Assembly: GCF_052425735.1 (NCBI RefSeq)
Contig: NC_135762.1
Location: 17,794,001 to 17,857,871 of the forward strand
From: Oculina patagonica
Taxonomy: Eukaryota
DNA: 63,871 nucleotides
Reading direction: 5' to 3'
The translations under genes and the position numbers were made by a program. The notes beneath the pieces were generated by a model, which did not search any database, had not been told where the DNA came from, and was given only the letters and a program-made list of their open reading frames with translations. This document shows, in pieces, positions 1-11,435 of the stretch (within the stretch, counting starts at the first letter, position 1; every line of letters begins with the position of its first letter).

Positions 1-3000
1 CTCCCTCAGGAGATATCCGTCGAAAACACAGATGGAAGCCTTTAAAGAAGCCAGGAAACAGGAGTTGCTGCCTCATTAGCCAATCTCAACCGGATAAACT
101 GTATATTAGAGGTAAGTGGCCCACGGTCAAAAGTTTACTGTTTAAATAACTGTAGTTCGACTTCGCTTGGGATGAATTTAATTTTCATAGTTACTGCCAA
201 AAAGTTTCACTTTAATCAGGCGGCGGCAGCTCAAACGTCAGATAGAGCTACAATTTTTCTAGCCTCTCACGGTAGCAAGCAATCATGCCCAAACAAAGCC
301 GAATAGTTTATTCTTACGTTTTGTTTCTGTCTCAGGGGATAGAAAACTACAAATAACATATAAGAGACCGTTTATAAAAGTACACACAAAAAAGAAGCCC
401 TACAGGGGAAAAAACAAAAAGAAGAGAAGTTTTAATTGGTTGAAAGAGAAAAAGCAATCTAATATAGCTGCAAGAGGTTATTGTCTGAAGACACTTCGGA
501 AATATGGGCTAACGAGTGGGGCTACAAAGCGCTTTTCAGCTGCTGCAGCAGCAAAAAGCGGGTGTTGGCATTCTATAACAACTTTAACTCAAATCAAAGG
601 GTTTTTACAGATCCGAATGGTCGCATCATATGTGATACGTTGCTGAGGAAAGAATCTACTGTGGCTAACACTACGCACAAGAAGACGACAAATAACAACA
701 GAAGAAAAATGGAAGTTAAACGAAAAAGAAAAAAGGGCGGCCTGCCAGAAAAAAAAATAAAATATGAGACTTCGAAAATTACCGATTGAGAACGGAGAGG
801 AAGAATAGGCGAACCGGCGCGCATAACGAAAAGCGAGTACCAGCAGACATTGCTCCTGCTAGACGATCACCCAACTACCTACACTAACCCCAGGGGAAAA
901 GGCTGGAAGTTGAACACCCCGAAATCAGAAAGAAGAAATCAAAACAACAATTAAAAGCACCGTGAACCAAAAAGGACGGACACAACGGTGAATCCAGCTC
1001 TTCTTTGGGAAATGATTAAACTAAAAGTGCGAGAAAAAACAATATCCTACGCCGCGTACAAAAACGCAACTACAAAGAGACAAGAGGAAGATAGAAAGTG
1101 AAATCGCCTTGTTAGAAAATCAACTGATAACAGAAAATAACAACCCCTCATATCACACGTCGCAGAAAGAATTACCACCTTAAAGAAAACTAGAAAAAAT
1201 CATGAGTATCGTACTAAAGGCGCACATAGATCAAAGTCGCTAGGTACAACGAGGGCGAAAAGAATTCAAAATATTCCTAAATCTCGAAAAGAGGCACGTA
1301 AACATGGAACAATAAGTCAATAAAAGTTAATGACAGCTACTTTGTAACCACGGATAAAGATATTTTAGCCGAGTACAATATAGAAACCTGTCACGCCATC
1401 CCAGACTGCCAATCAAGTGTTCGCCAAAGTAACACCACCGACAAGAAGAACAAACTCCTGCGAAGGAAAATAAGAGAAGCACAAGAAAGAATCCGACAAA
1501 ACACCAGGCACTGATGGACTTCCCGCTGAATACAAAGTCTTTTGGATAGATATCGCCCCGTTTTGATCCGGCCCAATTGCGTTTGACTCTGGTTGCCTCT
1601 CAGTCTCACAAAGGCGAGGGTCATAAAACTTATCCCAAAAAAGGACGCGGAACTTACTTCCTCAAAAATTGGCGGCCTATACTCTCCAATACTATAAACC
1701 GCAAAATCACGCAAATCGAATAAACACGTTCCCCAAACCTTATTAACCACGATCAAACAGGATTTTTAAAAGGCAGATTTATAGGTGAAAATATTCGGCT
1801 TATCGATTGCATCACCAATACCAAGAAAAGAACATCCGGGCTACCAAGACTCGAAAAGGTTTGATTCTCTTGAATGGTCCTTCATATATGACACCTAAGA
1901 ACCTTCGGTTGGTGCTTCGCCATAAGGGTAAAAATTTATATAACAATACTGAAAGCTGTGCTAAACGGGAGCGATTTTAGATAAAGAGGTGTAGAAGGCG
2001 CCCACGTCAAAAAACGGAGATAGCCACGGAAAAAAAAAAAAAAAGGGAACGTAAGAGAGGAAATAAATAAGTAGTAGCGAGAAAACATAATGACGGGCAG
2101 AACTCTCTCATCTGAGCGAGAACAGCAGTCTTGCAGCAAGAAGGGGGACGGAGGAGACGGGAAGCTAAAAGAATAAAAGATCAAGCTAGAGAGGGAAAGG
2201 AAGAAGATAAAAGCCAAAAAAAAATACTCCGTCCGTAAGAGAAAAATGGAAAGAGGTGACAAAAGAAAGGAAGACAAGTCAAAAGAAGAAAAAAGAAAAG
2301 ACTAGTTGTAGAGGAAGAAAAAGGTGCACGAAATAAGAGAGAACGGAATAGACGAGCAAACACAGGAAGAAGAGCGACACACCAAAAGTAAAAATAGAAG
2401 AAAAAAAGTAAAAAAAAAAAAAGCGATGCGGAAATAAAGACGTTGTAGAAGAGAAAAAAAAAAAAAGACGTCCCAAGGAAAGAGAGAAAGAATGCGTGGG
2501 ACACTGCGTGATGGTGTTTTTATGAAATATGTGCGTGTCGTACGAGTCGTTTTGAGTGATATTTACACAGGAACGATTCGATCCGAACATTTGGGATTGT
2601 AACAGTAATAAAGAGTTGCGATGGCGCCGAGAGACTCAAAAAAGAAGTATGGACGGGAAGATGAGAAAGTGTACCAGGAAAGGAAAAGGCAAAAAAAAGG
2701 TGAAAACCTAGGGTATGGACACAGACGAATACTTAAATACAGGAAAAATTGAGAAAGTTAGGAAATTGGATGTTGGAAATACCGAGGCTCACCTTGTTAG
2801 GTAAAATCACCGTATAAGATAGTAGTCTCCCAACTGGTTATTTACTCTCTCCCCTTGCTAAACAAAGTATAAGGAAATAAAATTATAACTAGGTAAAGGG
2901 AAAATAAGGAAAAGTTATGATAAACGATTTGGTAATGGTGGTAAAAATGATTGACATATTATAAATTAAGACACCTGGATAAAAATTTAAGGAGAACAAT

Positions 3001-4690
3001 AGCCTAGAAAAAGTGCCAAAATTTTTTCAACCCAGCGAGAGAAAGCGAAAAACCTCGATGTTAAAAGAAAATAGTATTTGGGAGAAGTATGAGCCTGAAA
3101 TAAATAAAGATTTTTTTGACACATTCTCCCTTATAAAAAAGAAAAGCCAGTTTTAAAAAATGGTTCACAAAAGGAATAACAGTAAAATCTTCTCGGTAGA
3201 CACAAACACCCACGTAAAAGAAAAGTGGAAGATCCTCGCCCCTAAGTTTTACGGAAACGGCGGTAAGTCTCGATAATTAAGATGAAGAAAAAATGTGAAG
3301 TGCACCAAAAAAAATTACAGGCCAAAGGAATAAATCAGGGGCGGATAGGATTTTCAACGGGGGGTGGTGTTTACCAATATTTTTGTTTATATATTGTTTA
3401 AGCCCCAATTTGTTTATGAGGGAGGGGGAGGTTTTAGGAGTTTTTGAAAATGGGAGGAAATATTTTGGGTTGAGGACAATATGGAGGATAGGTCCATCCT
3501 AGTGGGGTTGGGGGATGCCCCCGAGAATATTTGAAAAGTTGAGGTAGACGTGATCCGGAGAGAGATACAGCTGAAAAGTATTAAAACACTGGATAAGTTG
3601 GAAAAATTCTCAATATGAGGAGAAAAAAATAGAGTATAAATGAAAGAAATGACAGCCACGAAAATGAAAGAAAGATATGCGTGTCACCCACGTGGTAGAA
3701 ATTAGCGAAGTGGGGGAATTGGGATGGAATGTGATGCGAAAAAAGGTAAGAAACCGAAAAAAAGAGTAAATGAAGAGAACTAGCAAGGTAAAAATGAAAG
3801 TAAAAGGAACTCAAAATAAACACATGTCAAGAAAATCTCTAGGAAGCCGTTGAAGGGGATATGAGAGGTGGAGGGAATGCCTTTATTTTTATTTTTGGTG
3901 GATCAAGGGGGTGGATAGCCACCCAATCCACCCTGATGCCCTGTACAATAGTATAAAAAAATGATAGAACAAAAGTTAACGCAGAATAAGTAAAATAAAT
4001 GGAGAAGACTGAACCTACCATAGAGGAATAATGGACGCTGCCTACGTGATGAAAGTAAATAGAATACAAACGCCCAAGACGCTGACAAACCTATAGAATA
4101 GAAAAGATCGAAACTGAGCTTCGTCACTCTCCCAGAGAAAATTGAGCGACAAAAACACATTGAAAGAAGAAATGGTAGAAAACGTATGTACTGTAAAGAA
4201 AACTATCAAATGCTACTGTTTGGGGGAGGAGACAATCCAATCTGCACTATCAACTACTGCTCTAGCAAAAGGTAGTAAAAAAAGGAAATGTACCACGAAT
4301 TCACCAAAAGTGAAAAGAAAAAAAAGTGGAAAATAAAAAATGGAATTGGGAACATATAGGTATGTTTATTCGTTCGTCCGTGTTCCTTTCTATTACTTTA
4401 CTTAATCCAGTAGGAAATAGGTACTAATAAGTGAATCACATGCTTTTCCTTATTTTAATAATCAAAGGTACAATGTCTCTTCTATTATGGCATTTTATAT
4501 GCCTTCTTCTTTCTCTTTGCCCTGTAGTGTTATTGTAATTGCTAGTAGTAAGTAGTGTTTTGTAAGTTGTATTAGGTATTGTAAAGACTGTAGTAGTCTA
4601 AGTACTGTAAGTAGTGTTAATCGTGTACTGTAATCGCTTTTCTGTATGTATTGTTGCATTTCAATAAAAAAAAAATAAATAAAAAAAAAC
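1..4690 (+). mobile_element. Degraded L1/Tx1-clade LINE (ORF1 C-terminus, ORF2 EN-RT remnants, 3' UTR, poly(A))
   Basis: Fragments read QMEAFKEARKQG and SQPDKLYIRGK (ORF1 end, 30-115), EIWANEWGYKALFS (endonuclease), NPALLWEMIKLKVREKTISYA (~990), YNEGEKNSKY.LNLEKR (~1245), KTPGTDGLPAE (~1500), KNWRP, and [19 protein letters not shown] (~1750). A GTA-rich 3' UTR is followed by AATAAA and an A-tail at 4662-4689. Many single-base deletions. Confidence 0.85.
3337..3943. mobile_element. MITE-like insertion (CAGGGGCGGAT...CCCTG) inside the degraded LINE
   Basis: Ends caggggcggataggatttt and ccaccctgatgccctg, with G-run subterminal motifs, interrupting LINE ORF2. Low-quality sequence. Confidence 0.5.
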
Positions 4691-4812
4691 AACCCCGTAA
4701 CTCGAACTAACTTCTACTTCCCTTGACCTAGTTTTAGTATTTACTGTAACGAAAACCCCGCTAACTAAACTTTTTTCGTTTCCTTGAGTTCGAGTTACCG
4801 GGAAACACCGTA
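4688..4812 (+). mobile_element. 3' part of a pogo/Tigger-type MITE (same family as 46640-47081)
   Basis: aacaaccccg(c)taactcgaacta...gagttcgagttaccggg aligns by eye with 46943-47081. Confidence 0.7.
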
Positions 4813-4829
4813 CAGACTACTTTGATAGA

Positions 4830-7190
4830 CTCTCAGATTGATCTAGATTGGTGGTCATGCAAATATTGCTATCAGGAGCTACAGATGAGAAACCCTATCG
4901 ACTATAAAAAATTTAATTCTGCATTCAACACAAGACATCTTGGGTATGGAAGAGGATAAAAACCGAAAAATGCGGACAAGAGAAGAAAAAGTAGAAAGCC
5001 CACCAGAAGATAAGAATGGGCGGGTGGGAAGGGAAAGAAAAATCGAACATGAAAAGGAAAAGAAAAAAAGTGTAAGAGAAGGTGAAAAAAAAAAATGATG
5101 CTCAAGGCCGTAGAATTACCATTACTAGAAATCACAATTACAACACAGCTCCTTTTTGGGTATGAAGATTGTGATATAAAAACGACAAAATGCCGGAAAG
5201 AGAAGAAAAAGTAGCTAATAAACTCGCCCACCAACGAACCAAAGAAAGGAAAAAGGTGTGGGGAGAGACACGAAATGACCAACTAACAGGTAATGCGAAA
5301 TCGGAGGCCACTAAATCGGGAAGAAAGAGAAGAATATGCGGATGACCAGTCCCCGAACACGAATCAGCCCCGGGACACCACAACTGAAGGAAATGATGCC
5401 GCCCCTCTACGAAAAGAGTGACGATAAAGGGAAGGATGGGTGACCCCGGCCAAGCAACAGAACGAAGAAAGGCGAAAATGATGAGAAAGAGAGGAAGCCC
5501 AGAGGAAAGAAAAAGGAGGGGGGAGAAGGTGCTGGACTAGGCGATGAAACATAGTTACAGGACACAGCAGACTCCCCTGAATAGGTACCAGGGGTAGCAT
5601 AAACGGCGTCATTACACTGAATAGTCTGTATAACAAAACTAGAAGCCCACCCTCGGCGGTAAAAATATCGCCCCTACACAAATGTTTGGACATAAATGAG
5701 ATGCAGACGGGGTAAAATAGAAACTCGAGCAAACAAGAAAAATGTGAACAGGAAAGATGAGAGAAATGAACTTCCCTGGACCCAAGAACAAAGAAAAATG
5801 AATAATAATTCGGTGGTAATAGGCGGAGCTGTTAGGGGATGTTAGCAGCGGAATACCTTAAAGTTAGGCGAATAAAGAGTCAAAAAGGACAGAACCCTGT
5901 ATAAGGTGTAACAACCTCACCCCACTAATGAAAATAGATGAGGAGTAAGGGAGCGACAAAACTGAAAAAATAAGGACTCGAGAGTCGAGGAACAGGTTGA
6001 AACTAAAGTACAAGCAAAACGAAAAGTCCACTGGACGATGAGTGAGATGAGATGTGTTGGGAGATGGAGGGGTAAGTTGAAGGAGTGTTGAAAGGAAAGA
6101 ATAGAAAGACTCGTCAGAAATAAGGCGTAATCGACTAGTTTGATACTGGATAGACGTAGCGATTGAGATGAACTGAGAGAGAAAATTAGGATAAGGTGCC
6201 AACGGACAACAAATCGGCCACCCTATCCAACTCCGGTAAGTGCACCGGGAGAAACTCATGAGTAGAAGACACCAGCCAAATATGCGTAAAAGCTTTAAGA
6301 AGGGCGTCCCGTGTTTACCAGAATTTAGCATGAACACGGCCAATCGAAAATACAGTGAGGGCAGGCCCAAGCGAGCCCCACAAGCGTACGGCACAAGATC
6401 GTAAACATTAGATGGTGGAAAACGGGAACCGAACAAGAACATCAGGGGAAACTCCTGTGAAAAATCGCTACCACTGCACCCGCCGCAACCCGTGAGACAA
6501 GCGTGTGGCGAAGACCTCGTGGAGAAGACCAACATGACGAAAATGATGGAGACGCAAACTGTGGAAGGAACTCTGCACCACTGAGATCTTGGGCACTCGC
6601 TAGTAACGTTCACGTGATGATGATTTGCTCACGGACCCGGAGAAGATCAAGCAAGCGCAAAGAAAAATTCTGCTTGTCGAACACATTGAAACAAATGAGA
6701 GCCCCAAAAGAGATTGAAGCTCCCGCTTGGTGGTGCTCTGTGTAGCCAAGTGTAAGAAGAAGTGATAGTTCCGCACCCTTTCTGGGGTAACTGATATCGT
6801 CATGCCCACAGTATCAAATTGCACTCTAAGATGTCATCGTCGTAGAAGGCGGGCAGGCCTTCGTGAGATTCGACAAGTCCGAGATAAGTAACAATGACTG
6901 TGAAAACGGAAGGCACGACAGCGTGTCAGGAGTCTCGACCCCCTGAAAATCATCTAAATAATTTAGGACATCGAAACCATGCGTGCACAAAAAAGACACT
7001 GAATTGTATCCGCGGCAGGCCATAGCGCTGACCTGAGTCCCATAGGAAAACAATGTAAAGAAGTATTGATCTCCCACAAAACCCAAAAAGGAAAGTCAAA
7101 GGGTCACACGAAATTGCCGGAAGCTCTCTTAAGTCACGCGTAAATTAGGCAGCCGGTCCTTCGAACCACTAGAGCAGCAATGTGTCCACC
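4830..7190 (-). mobile_element. Degraded DIRS-like tyrosine-recombinase retrotransposon (RT, RNase H, YR; gag missing)
   Basis: Minus-strand fragments: RT motif-A region near 7140, VLNYLDDFQGVE (RT YxDD), FDTVGMTISVTPERV and TKRELQSLLG, ACLTGCGG (RNase H), and HSFRRGAASF (YR catalytic motif, ~5400). Confidence 0.85.
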
Positions 7191-7220
7191 AAGTGTGTTT
7201 TAATGACCCTTATTTTCCAG

Positions 7221-9882
7221 ATATTGATGAATGTGAAACAGAAACACACAACTGCAGCTGGGGCGCGTCCTGTTTCAACAATAAAGGATCTTTTTATTGT
7301 ACTTGTTCTCCGGGATTTTCTGGTGATGGTTTTCGTTGCTCAGGTTAGAAAATGTTCAATGTAATGTCTTAATATTTTCATTTTATCAATTTTATGAATC
7401 TAGCTTTCCATTGGCTTCAAATTGAGAATGAATAGTTAATTACGTTTTAACATAAAAGAGGGATAAAAAAGATCCTAGCAATTACATCGCTTCTGGTCAC
7501 GGGTTTATCTTTCGAATCGAAAAGAATGCGGCACAATGGTGATATTACTGATATTACAATGTCTGATATTACTAAGAATCGCTATAGGTCTATTCAAAAC
7601 AACGACGGAATGAATACCACCCCTGCGATCATTGTTCTTGGGTAAAGATATGGGGAGTGATACTCTGATGAGTGTCCGCTGGTGGCGCGGGAGATTTTTC
7701 CTCGGGCCTTCTGGAAAAGACAACAGCGTATGTGTAAGGTACAGGAGAAAAAAAGGCCCGAAGACAATCTAAACGCTCCGTTGTTCGGTTTACTGCACCG
7801 AACACATATCGGTAAGGGAGGAAGGGAGAGTGGGTCGCGGTACTTCAAATGAAGTCGTAGTGTGTTACTGGCCGACGAAAGACCTAGAAATGTGGTGTGC
7901 CTTCCGGGAAGCAGTTAATACAATACTGCTTCACCAATGGGAGAGACAAAACTATGGAAAACATGCCATTTCTAAGGACTTTTGACTTGCACGCATAATT
8001 AACTACAATGCAATTGACCGGCTTTGAATAGTGTTTTCATTGATTATATTGTTACACGAGCACTGATTGACTGTATAACCAGATCCTTAAGTGTTTGTAT
8101 TGCTTCTTTCTCTGAATTTGATCATAGTATTTCAGTCAATGTACATGTATTATATAATGTTATTTCAGATATCAATGAATGCCTTATCGGCACCCATAAC
8201 TGCCATGATGTCGCTGAATGTACAAACACCAACGGTTCTTTTGATTGCAACTGCACTCATGGCTTCGTTGGAAATGGAACATATTGTGAAGGTAACCGAC
8301 GTTTAAGTCTCCGTGTAAACAAGATAATGACACTGTGTTTGATTAAAACGATAACATCAACAACAACAGCCATAACCATTTGACATTGCTACATTATCAG
8401 CGTAGTATAAGTATTCTAAATGAACGTTAAATGACAACGAATTGCATTATCTGGTTGTTGACACCTTCTAAAGGAAGTAGAAAAAAGGAACATGATTTAT
8501 TTGTAGAAGTTTTAAAGCATTTGAAACAACAATTATCTATCTATTTGAACCGTCCCTTTGAACTACCACCGGTCTTGATTGATTTGGTTTTATGAAGTAA
8601 CTCTCAATGTGTATTTAATCAATTGTAATATACTAGACACTTTATAATTGATAAACAAAAAACGTTCCTTACGGTTAAAACAATTGAAAACTGTTAACTC
8701 TAAAGTGCTGTTGCGCGTATTACCTCCGTTTTGCAAGTTGCGGCAATATGTTGCACAAAGTTGAACTTTACGACTTGCAATGCAACAATGTTGCAATACA
8801 AGTTGAAAGAAAATGTTGCCCGTATTACTAGGTCTTTAGATGATTGTCTGCAGTGGGAAGGTTGAGTTTTTTGTGTTCTATTAGGAAAAATCATTTTTGG
8901 TTGATTTGGTTGAAAGAAAAACTGTTTTATTATTTAAGAACCTTAGGCGCTTTGACTATCAGGGCGCGCATTTCAACAAGTATTTTCTTACTGTTCTTCA
9001 AACAATAACTATTTAATTGCTATCTTGTTAAAGATTTGGACGAGTGCTTAACTGGGACGCACGACTGTAACGGATCGTCTATGTGTAACAACACATATAG
9101 CAGCTTCAATTGCACTTGTCAGCCAGGATACCGCTACAATGGCTCCGACTGCTGGGGTACGACACACTCATACATGCAGTCATGCTTCATACATATAATG
9201 GTTGCATACTGAGAATTTAAAGCTGCGACTGTCTGTTTTCAGACCCTCAGTAGTAACGTTTATTTGGTTTAAGTAGGGTACTGTATGATACAATTTACCA
9301 AGACGTATCTTACCCTCAAATATAGAACATCTGTATGTATTCACGTTAGTTTAGGATCTTGCTTTTATAAGGACTGAGTGTATTTTATAACTGCCAGACC
9401 CCGTGTTTCCAGCTTGGACTATTGGATATTAAAGAACGTTAATACTTCTTTCTGTCCTTTTATCAATGAGTATCAGATATAAGTATAATTTAGTAGGATA
9501 GCCACCCACATGTTCCCAGACATGTTTCCAATATAAAGAGTGTTACATGTAATATGGCGTGCAATATTACACCTAGTGTGTCAGCGTTTAATTCTTATAA
9601 CACTGTTAATAACTGTTTCTTTATTATTTCTTTATTTATTTATTTAGTTATTTAATAACATTTATTTCTTTATTTAATAATAATATCTATTTATTTATTC
9701 ATTTTTTTTACTTATTTATTTACATATTTCAGTACCTATTTTTTTTCATTGTTCAGACATAAACGAATGTGAAGAGGAGACACACAACTGTCACGAGTTG
9801 TACGGTGTTTGTACAAACCTGATGCCTTTCTTTCTCTGTACTTGCACACTGGGCTCCAAAGGAAACGGATCTCATTGCGTTT
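7221..9882 (+). CDS. aGPCR exons encoding four calcium-binding EGF domains
   Basis: Phase 1-1 exons of 123, 123, 123 and 126 bp starting [36 protein letters not shown] and [12 protein letters not shown], each with 6 Cys. Confidence 0.93.
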
Positions 9883-11344
9883 GTAAGTTAACATACCTTT
9901 TGTTTTGGAATAACTTTTCTTAATTTTTGTCTTAAGCCAACAAACTTGAAATGTCATTTCAGCTACTAACCACAGGTGTATTTTTAGCGCTGGATCTGGT
10001 TTACATGATCGACTTAAAGCTCCCATTAAGTAGATGGCGTGAGGAATACCGTATGTCTAACTCGTCACAATTCCAGAACCTTGCCTTGGAGATAGAACAA
10101 GGGGTATTTATTTCATTTTATTATCTAAAGTTATTTGATTTAAAAATAAATATAAATGCAGGCAACACCATAAGTTTTTTCTTCAGTCTGAAAATCAGAA
10201 GACAGCTAGCCATACCACAAGTCAAGGAGTTACATGGCTTTTCTTTAAGGAACGCTCCTCTCGAATGAATTTTATGTATTTGCTTCAGTCCTCTGCCTTT
10301 CCTTCGCAAGAAAAAGCATAAAATTCAGCAATAATGTAGTCGGTTACTCGGTCTTCGTGGTATCTGTTTATTCCATTTTTCTGGCTACAAGCCGGCCGAC
10401 ACATTTTAAAATAAAGGGCTGGTTTTCGAGAAGTTTCACTCAATACAGTGTTTCTACTATCCTCTTCCTTTTCTTACATTACCACCGTCTTCTTTTATTT
10501 TGGCCTTCGCCGCCTTTTACTGAAATGTCAAAACAACTGTTGACCAACGAACTGCATTATACCTCTTTAAGGTGAAGTACGTCTACAGAAACGATCCGAC
10601 GTTATTAAGGACGTACGTTACCTGCCTTCATAACAGGTATGGCTAAATAAATTGATAAATAGATAAATCAATAAATTAACAAATCCATTTTTATCCCAGC
10701 CATCCACAGACAAAGACGCGTGTTAACAGTTTCAGTGCTCTTATAAAGCAATTGCTAATAAAAATGGACCATTATTTTTAGGTTTGGCTGTTCAAAATCT
10801 GTCAAAATCAGTGACAAAGCCCCTTAAAAAAATTCTTGATGCCTTCTCTTGTCCATGGAATTCGTTATTATTTGAAAAGAATTTTTCTATTCTAGAGATG
10901 GAATTGTGTTGACGGAGTTCTGGATGGTGTTTAACTCTGATGGAGTACTACCGATCAGACCTCTTAACTTGGCTGTAAAGAGAGGGAGACTTCGCCACTT
11001 AGCTATAGAGATGGACGGTTATGATGTCATACAAGTAGTTGGTATGTTGAATTTTGGACCAGGGAGAAACTCCGGCAACTTAGAAGGAAGGGTACCAACT
11101 AGAAATTCTTTTTATCCATGCTTAAATAACCTTTTCTCGTTGCAGAGAGAATTGACTGTCCATTAAAGTGTTCTGAGCACGCCTATTGTAAACGAAACGG
11201 TTCTTCCTTTGAATGTGTTTGCACAAGAGGATACATTGGTGACGGAAAAGAATGCATCGGTGAGTCAGTCGTTAGACTAATAGCATAAAAAGAACACGAC
11301 GAAAGATGACTGTTGTAACTAACAGAGAGCAAGATATAACGTAA

Positions 11345-11392
<48 letters not shown>

Positions 11393-11404
11393 TCGAGGTC
11401 AGGA

Positions 11405-11435
<31 letters not shown>

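Noticed and set aside
1936-5383. Several Phe/Leu/Ser-rich minus-strand ORFs resembling membrane proteins
   Set aside because: They are reverse complements of A/G-rich low-quality tracts, with no real motifs.
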